Shown: positions 39,113 through 50,059 of the stretch, piece by piece
How the letters are laid out: every line of letters starts with the position of its first letter
How positions within the stretch are numbered: the stretch's first letter is position 1
NCBI GenBank assembly: GCA_963814585.1
Contig: CAWFDF010000008.1
Location: 480,001-544,000, forward strand
DNA: 64,000 nucleotides
Origin: an uncultured delta proteobacterium
Lineage (GTDB): Bacteria > Myxococcota > Myxococcia > Myxococcales > Anaeromyxobacteraceae
Reading direction: 5' to 3'
Position numbers and translations under genes: made by a program
The notes under the pieces: generated by a model
The model's input: only the letters and a program-made list of their open reading frames with translations
What the model was told of the DNA's origin: nothing
Databases searched by the model: none

Positions 39113-42100
39113 CTACATCAGGCCCGGCTTGCCCGCCTGCCAGCGCTTGAGCTCGGTGGTGAGCAGGTCGACGTGCTCCTTCTCCTCGGCCGCCAGCTCC
39201 CGGTAGAGCTGCTTCTCCGGTGAGCCCGCCGCCACCGCGGCGCCGCGCTCGGTGAAGAACTTCACGGCACGCTCCTCGAAGGCGATGGCGATGCGGAACA
39301 GGTTGGCCGGGTCCTCCGGCCGGTTGGGGATGCCGGCGTAGATGGCCGCCCGGTCGACCTTGAAGTCGCCCGCGGCCGGGACCTGCACGTGGTAGCGGCG
39401 CGAGAGCGTCGCCATGTGCTCCTTCTCCATCTCGGCGAAGCGGCCGAAGAGCTCGCGGAGCATCGGGTCAGCGGCCTCCTGCGCGGCCCGGCCGTAGAAG
39501 GCCATCCCGCCCAGCTCGATCTCGAAGGCGATGCGGACCGCCTCGAGCGCGGCCGCGTCGGCCACCTTGGCGGGATCGGCCACGGCGAGCTTGCCGCCGC
39601 AGGCCGGGCACATCCCGTAGGGGAAGGCGAAGCCCTCGCTCACCTTGGCGCAGTCCTGGCACTTCCAGGAGAGCTTGGCGGTGGCGCAGCAGACGTACTC
39701 CTCCTCGCCCTCGAGCGGCTGCCGGCACTTCGGGCAGAGCTTCCCGGCGGTGGTCGCCGCCGGAGCCGACGGCGGAGGCGCCGGCCGCTGGCGGCGCCCA
39801 GCGGGGCGGGTGGCGTGAAGGTGCTCATGTCGTCCTCGGTGATGGGCCACTTCTGCTTCTTGCCCTTCAGGTAGGCGCCGATGGAGCGGGCCGCCCGGCG
39901 CCCGGCCCCCATGGCCAGGATCACCGTGGCGCCGCCGGTGACGATGTCGCCACCGGCGAAGACGCCCGGCAGCGAGGTGCACTGGGTCTTGCCGTCGTCG
40001 GCGACGATGTTGCCCCACTTGTTGAGGGCCAGGCCCGGGGTCGACTGGGTGATGATGGGGTTGGCCTTGGTGCCGAGCGCGTAGATGACGGTGTCGCACT
40101 CGAGGTCCTTGAAGCGGCCGGTGGCGATGGGCTTGCGGCGCCCCTTCTCGTCCGGGTCGCCGAGGACCATCTCCTCGACCTTCATCCCCTTCACGTTGCC
40201 GTCGGGGTCCACGTAGATCTCCACCGGCGAGTGGAGGAAGAAGAACTCGATCCCCTCCTCCTTGGCGTGGCGGAGCTCCTCGATGCGGGCCGGGGCCTCG
40301 GCCTCGGTGCGCCGGTAGACGCAGCGGACCGTCTCGGTGCCGAGCCGCTTGGCGACGCGCAGGCAGTCCATGGCGGTGTTGCCGGCGCCGATGACCACGG
40401 CGCTCTTGCCGATGGAGACCGGCGTGTCCTTGAGCGGGAACTGGTCGCCGCCCATGAGGTTGACGCGGGTGAGGAACTCGTTGGCCGAGTAGACCTGCCC
40501 GGCGAACTCGCCGGGGATGCCGAGGAAGGCCGGGGCGCCGGCGCCGACGCCGAGGAAGACCGCGTCGTAGCCCTTCTCGCCCATGAGCTGCGGCACCGTG
40601 AAGGTCTTGCCGATGACCTTGTTGGTCTCGATCTTGACGCCCAGGTCCACCAGGCTGCTGCACCTCGCGGTCGATGATGTCGCGCGGCAGGCGGAAGGAG
40701 GGGATGCCGTAGCGGAGCACGCCGCCGACCACGTGGAGCGCCTCGTAGACGGTGACGTCGCAGCCGAACTTCACCAGGTCGGCCGCCACCGCCAGGCCGG
40801 CCGGGCCGGAGCCGCAGACCGCCACCCTGCCGAGCTTGTCGGCGGGGGCGAAGACCGGCGGGACCGCCGGCTTGAGCTTGCCGTTGTCGCCGACGAAGCG
40901 CTCGAGGCGGCCGATGCCGACCGACTCGACCTTCTTGGCGATGACGCACTGGGCCTCGCACTGCGTCTCCTGCGGGCAGACGCGGCCGCAGACCGACGGG
41001 AAGATGGAGGCCTCGTGGATCACCTCGAGGGCCCCGTCGATGTCGCGCACCACCAGGTGGCGGATGAAGCGCGGGATGTCGATGGCCACCGGGCAGCCGG
41101 CGATGCAGGTCGGCTTGGCGCACTGGATGCACCGCTCGGCCTCGAGGAGGGCGTCCTGGAGCGAGTAGCCCAGGTTGACCTCCTTGAAGTTGCGGGAGCG
41201 CTCCACGTGGTCGCGCTCCGGCATCTTGGCCTGGTGCGGGGTCAGCTCCTTGATCTTCCTGTAGTTGCGCTTGTTCTCCTCGAAGAGCTGCTTCTCCAGG
41301 TTGCAGACGTGGGCGTAGTCCTCGGTGGCCGTGGTCTCCTGGGCCTTGAACCGCTTCTGCCGGGCCAGCAGCTCCTTGAAGTCGACCAGGTGGCCGTCGA
41401 AGTCCGGGCCGTCGACGCAGGCGAACTTCACGTCCTTGTTGACGGTGACGCGGCAGGAGCCGCACATGCCGGTGCCGTCCACCATGATGGCGTTGAGCGA
41501 GACCATGGTCTTCACGCGCGAACGGGCGGGTGGTCTCGACGCAGGCGTTCATCATGGGCAGCGGCCCGATGGCCACCGCCAGGTCCGGCTTGTCCTTCTC
41601 GCAGAGCTCCTTGAGCGCCTGGGTGACGAAGCCGGGCTTGCCGTAGCTGCCGTCGTCGGTGCAGACGATCAGCTCGTCGCAGTACTTCGCGGAACTTGTC
41701 CTCCCAGAAGACCAGGTCCTTGTTGCGGAAGCCGATGATGCCGGTGACGCGGTTGCCGGCCTCCTTGAAGGCGCGCAGCTGCGGGTAGACCGGGGCCACG
41801 CCGAGGCCGCCGCCCACCAGCACCACGTGGCCGACCTTGCCGACGTGCTGCGGCAGGCCGAGCGGGCCGACGAAGTCCTCGAACTCGTCGCCCTGCTTGT
41901 AGTCCGTCATCATCTGGCGCGTGGTCTTGCCGAGCGCCTGGATGACCATGGTGATGGTGCCGGCCTCGCGGTCGAAGTCGGCGACCGTGAGCGGGATGCG
42001 CTCGGAGTCGCCGCCGAGCCGGAGCATGACGAAGTGTCCCGGTTCCGCGGCCTTGGCCACGTCGGGGGCATGGACATCCCAGAGGAACGTCGTGTCGGAG

Positions 42101-42129
42101 AAGGCCTCGCGGCGGACGATCTTGTACAT
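39113..42129 (-). CDS. NfnA-NfnB (SudB-SudA/GltD-like) fusion with C-terminal zinc ribbons and a rubrerythrin/ferritin-like domain; apparent frameshifts ~41690, ~41517, ~40655, ~39780
   Basis: ERIPLTVAD, GGGLGVAP, MVDGTGMCGSC..CVDGP; CIQCAKPTCIAGCP, CGRVCPQETQCE, GSGPAG, GAGNTAMD, FAGGDIVTGGATVILAM; CPKC, CQDC, CPAC; two EKEH motifs. Confidence 0.85.
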
Positions 42130-42175
42130 CGGGGACGTACCCTCCGTGTCAATTGGGATTCCAGGCGGCCCGCCG

Positions 42176-42204
42176 GGAGTACCAACGTGGGACCGACGAG
42201 TCAA
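42176..42204 (-). promoter_or_regulatory. Sigma70-type promoter of the nfnAB-like gene
   Basis: Minus strand TTGACT, 17 nt, TACTCC; GGAGG RBS before ATG 42129. Confidence 0.55.
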
Positions 42205-42272
42205 GGCCGCCGGGATCGGCGGATTGACCAGTCCGGTCCAGAATCCAGGTGGATGACGGCCCCCTGGCCGGG

Positions 42273-43303
42273 CTAGCCGCCGGCCAGGGCCCGCCCGATC
42301 TCGGCGGCAATCTCGGCGTCGCCCGGCGCGAGCTGCAGGGCGCGCCTCAGGTGGGCCAGCGCGCTGCTGCTCCGCCCGGCCGCCAGCTCCCTCCGGCCGA
42401 GGTCGAAGCTCTCCTGGGCTTCCCGCGAGCGGGCGCGAGCACCTCCCCGCCAGCCCGTCCCGGCCGTCGGGCTCTCCGGGCTGGAGGCCACGGGAGCGGC
42501 CGGAGCCACCGGCACCGGCGGGACCGCTGGAGCGGCCGGCACCGGGAACGGCGCCGGAGCCGGCGGCGTGGGGCCGGGCTTCGCGGCGATCTCCCTCGCC
42601 ACCGCGGGCCGCCGCGGCGTTGCCCGCCACCAGCCTCTCGATGAACGGCGCCGGCTTGACCGCTCGCGGCGCCTCGATGACGAACTCGGCGCCCAGCCCC
42701 GCCATGACCTTCTTCCAGGCCGACGGATGGGCGGAAGCGCCCCGTGAGACGGTCACCACGCCGCGCGCCAGGAGCGAGAAGACGGCCCGCTGCGACGCGC
42801 TCCAGCTGGCGGCCAGCCGGGCACGGAGCGAGGCGATGGTGGTCCCGCCCGCCACGTGGCGCAGCACCTCGATCTCGTCCGGCGTGAAGTCCAGCAGGAA
42901 GGTGGGCGGCGGCGACAGGAAGAGCATGGCGTCGACCGGGAGCCGGTCCGGCACGCGGCGCAGCCCGCTCAAGCCCCGGGTAGGCGGCCACCAGCCGTGC
43001 GAACCAGCGATCGACCGACGGGCGCCCCTCCTCCCCGAAGGCCACGCCGACCCGCCACGGCGGCCGCGAGCTGCCCCAGGCCACCTTCCCCTCCACCTTC
43101 AGCGACCCGGGCACCTTGGGGTTGGCGAAGACCAGCGTCATCGGGAGTCCCCGGGCCACGGCCCCCGGCGCCACCAGCTGGCAACCCAGGGGGCTGATGT
43201 CCTCGGTCTCCGCGCTCCAGGCCGCCTCGGCCGTGCGCACCTGGATCGCGCAGCGTGACGGGGACCGCGGCGCGCGGCGCGGGTTGACGATGTACTCGCT
43301 CAC
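42273..43303 (-). CDS. PilZ-domain protein with C-terminal TPR; apparent +1 frameshifts ~42970 and ~42608
   Basis: GTG 43303: SEYIVNPRRAPR (RxxxR), TEDISPLG (DxSxxG); last frame ALAHLRRALQLAPGDAEI. Confidence 0.7.
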
Positions 43304-43376
43304 GGCGCCATCGTACCGCGTCGGACACCTCGACGATGAGCCGGCGGCAGGTCCTTCTCGGGCCATGTGCCGCGGT

Positions 43377-44561
43377 ATGGTGACACCATGGAGCAGGACC
43401 CCCGCCAGCCCGAGCCCTGGCAAGACGCCCCGCCACGGCGACCGCCGGCCGCCACCCTCGTGGACGCAGCCCCCGGCGCCACCTCGCCCGTCACGCCTCG
43501 CCGCCCTGGCCGAGGCGCCGGTGGCCGCCGGCCTGGTGGCCGTCAACGTCGCGGTCCTCGTCCTCCTCGGCTGGCGCTTCGACGAGCCGACCAGCAGCGA
43601 GGCGCTCATCGCAGCCGGCGCCCTGGAGCGCGGGCTGATCGCCTCCGGCCAGTGGTGGCGGCTGCTCACCGCCGTCTTCCTCCACATCGGCTGGATCCAC
43701 CTGCTGGCCAACTCGATCTTCGGCTTCGGCTGGTGCCGGATGGTGGAGCGGGTGCTCGGCCACGGCCGCTTCCTCGCCCTCTACCTGGCGGCCGGCGTGG
43801 GCGCTTCGGCGGCGTCGATGGCGACCCACGACGCCGTGGGCGCCGGGGCCTCGGGCGCCCTCTTCGGGATGATCGGCGCCACGCTGGTGATCGACCGGCG
43901 CCTGCTGCCAGGCTGGGTGGCGTTCCTGCGCAGCCCGTCGACCCTCAGCGTCGCCGTGCAGCTCGGCGTCTGGACCGTGCTGGCGCTGTCCGCCAACCTC
44001 CCCATCGACCACGCCGCCCACTTCGGCGGGCTGGTCACCGGCGCGGGAGCCACCTGGATCATGACCCGCCCCTTCCCGCGCCGGGCGGTGGCCTGGATTC
44101 CCTTCGCGCTCCCCCTCGCCCTGGTGCTGGCCGCCGCCGTCTGGCCTCGCCCCGGCCTCTCCCGATACGGCGCCGACGAGGCGATCCAGGCCGCGCTGGC
44201 GGCGCTCGAGCGCGAGGACGTGGACGCCGCCGAGCGCGAGCTGCGGCGGCTCGACGCGGCCGGAGTCCAGGCCGACCAGGTGGAGCTGATCCGGGCGGTG
44301 GTGGCGGTCGGACGCGACGATCTCCCGGCCGCCGCGCGCATCGGGGAGCGGCTGCTGCGCGAGACGGCCATCGCGCCGATCCGGTCCGCCGCCCGGTCGG
44401 TGCTGGCCAACGTCGGGTATCGCTACTACCGGGGCCAGGGCGTCCCGGCCGACGCCGAGCGAGGCTACCGCTACATCCTCGAGGCCTGCCAGGCGGGACT
44501 CGAGGAGGCCTGCCGGGCGGAGAGGGCGATCCGGACCGCGGACTCGCCAGAGCCGCCCTGA
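43377..44561 (+). CDS. Rhomboid intramembrane serine protease with C-terminal TPR/Sel1-like region
   Basis: WWRLLTAVFLH, HLLAN, GASGA, AHFGG, GYRYYRGQGVPAD; start uncertain. Confidence 0.88.
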   Translation: MVTPWSRTPASPSPGKTPRHGDRRPPPSWTQPPAPPRPSRLAALAEAPVAAGLVAVNVAVLVLLGWRFDEPTSSEALIAAGALERGLIASGQWWRLLTAVFLHIGWIHLLANSIFGFGWCRMVERVLGHGRFLALYLAAGVGASAASMATHDAVGAGASGALFGMIGATLVIDRRLLPGWVAFLRSPSTLSVAVQLGVWTVLALSANLPIDHAAHFGGLVTGAGATWIMTRPFPRRAVAWIPFALPLALVLAAAVWPRPGLSRYGADEAIQAALAALEREDVDAAERELRRLDAAGVQADQVELIRAVVAVGRDDLPAAARIGERLLRETAIAPIRSAARSVLANVGYRYYRGQGVPADAERGYRYILEACQAGLEEACRAERAIRTADSPEPP

Positions 44562-44690
44562 CGGCGCCGCTCACCGGGCCCGATCCCTGCTGCCGTTCCC
44601 GGCGCGTCCTGCCTCGCGGTCGTCAATGACCGCTGACGCCGGGAGCCACCCGCTTTGTTGCCCGGGCCTGGACCGGCCGGTAGATTTCCC

Positions 44691-45065
44691 GTGGTGTCGA
44701 CCCGCCCGCACATCCTCGTCGTCGACGACGACGTCGCCTTGCTGGAGAACATCTCCGAGTGCCTCCTCGGCGAGGGGTTCGAGGTGTCGGTGGCGCGTGA
44801 CGCGGCCGGCGCGCTGGCCCGGCTGGCCTCGTTGCCGCTCCCGGCGGTGGTGATCGTCGATCAGTTCATGCCCGGGATGACCGGCACGGAACTGGTGGCC
44901 CGCATCCGGCGTGAGCCCAGCATGGCGGGCGTCCGGCTGGTGCTCGTCTCCGGCCTGCTCCCGACCCGCGGCCCGGCGGGCGCCGATGCCGACGCCGTGC
45001 TGGAGAAGCCGTTCGGCGTCGAGGAGCTGATCGGGGCGGTGCGCGCCCAGCTGGCGGCGGCCTGA
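44691..45065 (+). CDS. Single-domain response regulator
   Basis: ILVVDDD, VDQFMPGMTG, LEKPF. Confidence 0.85.
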   Translation: MVSTRPHILVVDDDVALLENISECLLGEGFEVSVARDAAGALARLASLPLPAVVIVDQFMPGMTGTELVARIRREPSMAGVRLVLVSGLLPTRGPAGADADAVLEKPFGVEELIGAVRAQLAAA

Positions 45066-45108
45066 AGATCGGCCCGGAGCGCCGATCGGCGCCAGCCGGC
45101 CACCGCGG

Positions 45109-47473
45109 CTACGGCGCGGGCCCGCGCGGCCGCCGACGCAGCGCCTGGGCCTCGTCGGCCTTCCCCTGCCGCAGGTAGACCTCCAGCAGCAGGCCGTCGG
45201 TCTCCGGGTAGGCCGGATGGGCCTGCCGCAGCGCCTCCAGCGTCCGCTCGGCGCCGGCCAGGTCGCCGGAGCGCGACTGGTAGAAGGCCAGCGTCCAGGC
45301 GTACCGCGGCTCCTCGGGACGCAGCGCGGCAGCCCGCTGCGACAGCGAGAGCGCCTCGGGAAGTCGCCGCTGAGCCACCAGCACCGCCAGGTTGAAGGCG
45401 GCGGCGGCCAGGTCCGGGTCGGCGGCCAGCGCCTCACGCAGCGCCCGCTCCGCCTCGTCAGGCTTGCCCGCCTCGGCCAGCAGCAGCCCGAGGTTGAAGG
45501 CGAGGCCGGCCTGCCGGGGCTGAGCGGCGTGGGCCTCCCGGAGCAGCTTCTCGGCCTCGTCGAGGCGTCCTCGGGCGGCCAGCAGCATCGCCAGGTTGGC
45601 CTTGGCCATGAAGAGCTGGTCGTCGATGGCGAGCGCTCGCCGGTACTGCACCTCCGCGTCGGCCGGGCGGGAGAGCGTGGTGTAGAGGTTGCCGAGGTTG
45701 TAAGGACCCGAGGGCAGGTCGGACATGTAGCGCTGCGCGGCGACGTACTCGTCGAGTGCCGCGGCGTGCGCCGTGCGCTGGGGCCCGGTGAGCAGCAGCG
45801 CCGGCGGGCCGGCCAGCCGGGCCGCGGCCTCGGCGCGGACGGCGCGGACCGGGTCCTGCAGCAGCGGCGCCAGCAGCCGCGCCAGGACGGCCGGATCCGT
45901 GACCGGCAGCCGCTGCGCCGCCGTGACCCGCACCAGCGGCTCGCCGTCTGCGAGCGCCTTCTCCAGCGCCGCCCGGCTCCCCTCGCCCCGGTAGCCGCCC
46001 AGCAGCTCGACGGCGGTGGCGCGCGCCACCATGGGCCGGAGCTGGTCTCCCGCCAGCTGGACCAGCGCCAGCTCGGCCCCGGGCGACCCCGTGCGTCCCT
46101 CGGCGAGGACCGTCCCGTAGTGCGGCTTGCGCTGCTGGCCATACCAGCCGTCGTAGCGGGCCTGCACCCAGGACGCCGGCTTGCCGGCGTGGCACCCGGA
46201 GGCGGCGCAGGCGTTCGGGACGCCCAGCGAGGTGGTCAGGTCGGGTCGCGGCACGCGCATGGAGTGGTCGCGCCGGAAGTGGACCACCATGAAGTCCTTC
46301 CCCGGCATGTGGCAGGAGACGCAGCGCCACGCCGGCGCTGGGCTTTCCCTGCCAGGTGGCCTTGTGGAAGTGGTGCGATGGCGCATCGTAGGTGTCGGGC
46401 CGGTGGCAGCGGGTGCAGAGGTCGTTCCCCTCCTTGAGCCGCTTGCCGGAGTGGACGTCGTGGCAGTCGCTGCATCGCACGCCGCTGGCGAACATCTTGC
46501 TCTGCGTGAAGGCGTGCCACTCGAAGTCCTCGTCGAGGATCTGGCCGTCGGGGTGGAAGGTGCCCGGGGTGAGCAGGGTGGGCAGGTAGCGGTCGAGCAG
46601 CTCGCCGCCCGGCGTCCCCTGGTCGGCGAACTGGGCCCGCCGTGCGTGGCAGGGGGCGCAGAGCCCGACCAGTTCCCCGCCGGCCAGCCTCGAGGTGCGG
46701 GTGACCAGCGCGGCGTTCTCCACGGCGGGCCGCCCCATCGCCGGCTGGTCGGCCCAGGCCACGTGACGCGAGCCGGGGCCGTGGCAGGCCTCGCAGCCGA
46801 CCATGATCTCCGACCAGGTGGTCTGGTACTCGTCCTTCTCCGGGTCGTAGCGCTTGCGCACCGCGGTGGAGTGGCAGTCGGCGCACATGGCGTTCCAGCC
46901 CTGCCCGGCGCGGGTCCAGTGGAGCCAGTCGCCGGGCGGTGCGTCGGGGCCGGGGTTGACGTAGAACCAGCGCCTCGCGGTGGTGTCCCAGGCCGCCGAG
47001 AGGCACTGCAGCCGCCCGCCGGGGAAGGCCACCAGGTACTGCTGCAGCGGGGCGACGCCGAAGGTGTAGGCCACCTCGTAGTCGTGCAGCGCGCCGTCCG
47101 GCCCCTCGGCGTTGACCATGAACTTCTCGCCCAGGCGGAAGAAGCGCCAGGTCTTGCCGCGGTGCCTGAAGGATGCACCGCCGAAGTCGCCGAGCACCGT
47201 GGCGTCGCGGGCTGCCTGCATGGCCTGGGCGTGGTGCGAGCCCTTCCACCCGTCGTAGGCCTTCTGGTGGCAGGCCCTGCAGCGTTCGCTGCCGACGTAC
47301 TGCGGCTCACCGGGCGGCGCGGTGCGCGGGCCGCGGGCGGCGTGGACCGCCAGGTGGATCGGGATGGAGAGGGCGATGGCCGCGGTGGCGACCAGGCCGG
47401 CGGCGCGCCAGCGGCGCAGCGACTGGCCGGGGCCGTTGCCGTCCGGGGCGGAGGTGGAGGGAGGTGTCGCCAT
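45109..47473 (-). CDS. Membrane-anchored octaheme cytochrome c with HEAT and TPR repeats; apparent +1 frameshift ~46327
   Basis: CRACH, CADCH, CEACH, CAPCH, CSDCH, CTRCH, CVSCH, CAASGCH; RRDHSMRVPRPDL; C-terminal YNLGNLY/FNLGLLL TPRs. Confidence 0.85.
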
Positions 47474-47479
47474 GGCTCG

Positions 47480-47992
47480 CTAGAGGTAGGTCACCTGCGA
47501 CGGCTCGAAGCGGCTGCGCTCGATGCGGCGGGCGGTGTCCACCTTGACGATGCCCCCCTCGATGACCACCGGGAAGAGGTCGAGGGCGCGCGGCGCCGGT
47601 GGAGAGAGCACCTCACCGCGCAGGTCGAAGGTCGAGGCGTGGCATGGGCAGGGGAAGGTCCTGGCCTGCTCGTTCCACGGCACGGTGCAGCCGAGGTGCG
47701 TGCACTTCGAGGACAGGGCGAGGAAGCCGCCGTCGGCGAGCCGCACCAGGTAGAACCTGCCGGCCGGGAAGGGACGGACCGAGGCCGGCGTGAACTCGGC
47801 CACCGGCCCGGCCACCACCAGCGCGGCGGCGCGGCCGGCCCCCTCCTTGCGCGGGGCGAGGAAGGCGGCCGCCACCCAGGCCAGCTCGAGTCCGGCCAGG
47901 ATGCCGAGCCCCTTCCAGAGCCGGCCGACGAAGGCGCGCCGCTCCGGCGAGGGGGGCGGCGGCTGCGGTGCAACGGGCGGCCGGTGGTCCAT
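47480..47992 (-). CDS. Rieske [2Fe-2S] protein
   Basis: Tat-like ERRAF plus TM helix, CTHLGC, CPCHASTFD, PAPRAL; ATG at 47992. Confidence 0.92.
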   Translation of the reverse strand: MDHRPPVAPQPPPPSPERRAFVGRLWKGLGILAGLELAWVAAAFLAPRKEGAGRAAALVVAGPVAEFTPASVRPFPAGRFYLVRLADGGFLALSSKCTHLGCTVPWNEQARTFPCPCHASTFDLRGEVLSPPAPRALDLFPVVIEGGIVKVDTARRIERSRFEPSQVTYL

Positions 47993-49306
47993 CACTCGAG
48001 CTCCGTCGGGGGCGAGGCCCAGGGCATGGTGAGCGCCATCCCCTGGCCGCGGAAGAGGATGCCGGCCAGGGTGAGGACGACGAGGGCGGCCAGCAGGAAG
48101 GTGAAGGCCGCCTGGACGGCCTCCTGCCGCGAGCCGCCGCGGCGACGGGACAGCCAGGCGACGGCGGCCACCAGGCCGGCGGCGACGAGCGCCGGGAGCA
48201 GGCCGCCGCGAACGGCCGGCGCCAGCTGCGGGAACCAGGGCGGCGCGCGGCGCAGCGGCTCGTCGGCCAGGATCGCGAGCGCGGTGAGCAGCGCCCCGGC
48301 GATGGCGGCGACCAGCGCGCTGCGAGCGCCGCGCCGCGATCCGAACCAGCGCCCGGCCGGAGCCGCGCGGCCGCCGAGCGTACGGCAGCGCCACCAGCAG
48401 ACCCAGCGTCGCCGCCGGCAGCACCACGGCGGCGAAGAGCGGGTGGAGGTGGACCAGCAGCTCCTGCAGCCCCATGAAGTACCAGGGGGCCTTGGCCGGG
48501 TTGGGGCTCAGCCCTGGGTTGGCCTGGGCCAGCAGCGGCGCGTCGGCGACCGCCGAGAGCAGCAGCACGGCCGCCGCCACCACCAGCGCCGCCACTCCCT
48601 CGCGCTGCGTCAGCCCCGGCGAGGTCGGGACCAGCGGGCCGCGCGGCGCGGCGGGGTCGCCCACGTCGTCCGGGAGGACCACGCCGCCGCTCTTCCGCAC
48701 CAGCCAGAAGTGGAAGGCGAGGAGCAGGAGCGTGGCGATGGGCAGGACCGCCACGTGGAGCACGAAGAAGCGGGCCAGCGTGGCCGGCCCGATCTCGGCG
48801 CCGCCCCGCGCCGCCCGGAGCAGCAGGTCACCGGCGAGCGGCACGTACTGCAGCATCCCGGTCGAGATGGTGACCGCCCAGTAGGCGAGCTGGTCCCACG
48901 GCAACAGGTAGCCGGTGAAGGCGCTGGCGACCGTGAGCAGCAGCAGCGCCACCCCGACCCACCAGTTCCCGCGCCTTGGCGGCAGGTGGCCGCCCCGGTA
49001 GAAGACCCGCAGCAGGTGGAGGAGGGCGACCAGCACCAGGCCGTTGGCCGACCAGTGATGGGCGTTGCGGACGAAGGCGCCGAAGCGGACCTCGTCGACC
49101 AGCGCGGTGACCGTCCCCCAGGCCCGCTCCGGCGACGGCTCGTAGGAGACCAGCAGCAGCGTCCCGGTCACCGCCAGCAGCAGGAAGAGCACCAGCGCCG
49201 CGCCGCCCAGCCCGAGGGTGCGCGAGAAGCGCAGCGACTCGGCCGGCACGACACGCGGGTGGAGGTGGAGGATGAGGTTGGAGAAGCCGGAGGGCCGGGG
49301 CGGCAT
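47992..49306 (-). CDS. Cytochrome b (b6 and subunit IV parts in one chain); apparent +1 frameshift ~48380
   Basis: RNAHHWSA..LHLLRVF, FTGYLLPWDQLAYWA, RFFVLH..FHF, PAKAPWYF; ATG at 49306, stop overlaps the Rieske start. Confidence 0.88.
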
Positions 49307-49347
49307 GGACGGCCGGATTCTACCCCCGGGCGAAGGGCGTCGGGCGT

Positions 49348-50045
49348 TCACTTCCGCTCGGGCGGGTAGACCACCTTCCAGTCGGCCTTCATGCTCACCA
49401 CCGTCCAGCCCTTCGCCCTGGCCTCGTCGAGCCCCTTGTCGAGCCGGCCGACGGGCGAGGTGCGGTCGTAGGCCACCTCGCGCGCGGCGTCGTCGTGGCG
49501 GACGTAGAGGCAGAGGCGCGGACCGGCGCCGGCCGCGGTCCACTGCAGCATCTGCAGGTCGCCGTCGGAGTTGCCGAAGGCGGCGATGGGGCGTCGGCCG
49601 ACGTGGCGCTGGATGCCGATGGGCTTGCCGGCCTGGTCGTCGACGAAGTCGACCTCGGGCAGCCGCGGGTTGTCCACCAGCGAACCGGGGCGCTCGTCGC
49701 GGCCGCGTCGAACCGCGGTACTAGCGCGCTGACGCCGCTGCCGATCACCTGGCCCGGGCGGCGGACGCCGTGCGGAGACCGGACTCGGCCCGAGGGCCGC
49801 ATGAACCCGTTGGCGGTGAGGCTCGACGTCGCCGCCGGAGACGGATGAAGGCGTCGGTGAGAGGTTGGCCAGCGGCGTCCCGGCGGGATGTCGTTGAAGC
49901 CGTTGGCGCAGGTACGCGAGCATCTCCAGCTGGCTGGTAGACCGATCCCGGTGTAGGCGAGCCGCCTCGTCACCGGGTGCCTGGCCGTGTCGATCTCGCC
50001 AGTCGCGGACGATGGCGTCGAGCTCCCGTCGGTGGTGATGCCGAA
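49348..50045 (-). pseudogene. HAD-family hydrolase: intact C-terminal third, scrambled middle, N-terminus absent (probably a sequence artefact)
   Basis: LPEVDFVDD..GKPIGIQRHVGRRPIAAFGNSDGDLQML..HDDAAREVAYDR..WTVVSMKADWK; fragments MLAYLR, SGGD, FMRP, QVIGS, TARHP lie in different frames. Confidence 0.65.
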
Positions 50046-50059
50046 CTCACCGCGCCTTG

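Noticed and set aside
39113..42129. Calling the flavoprotein a true glutamate synthase small subunit
   Set aside because: No gltB nearby, and an NfnA/SudB-type module is fused at the N-terminus
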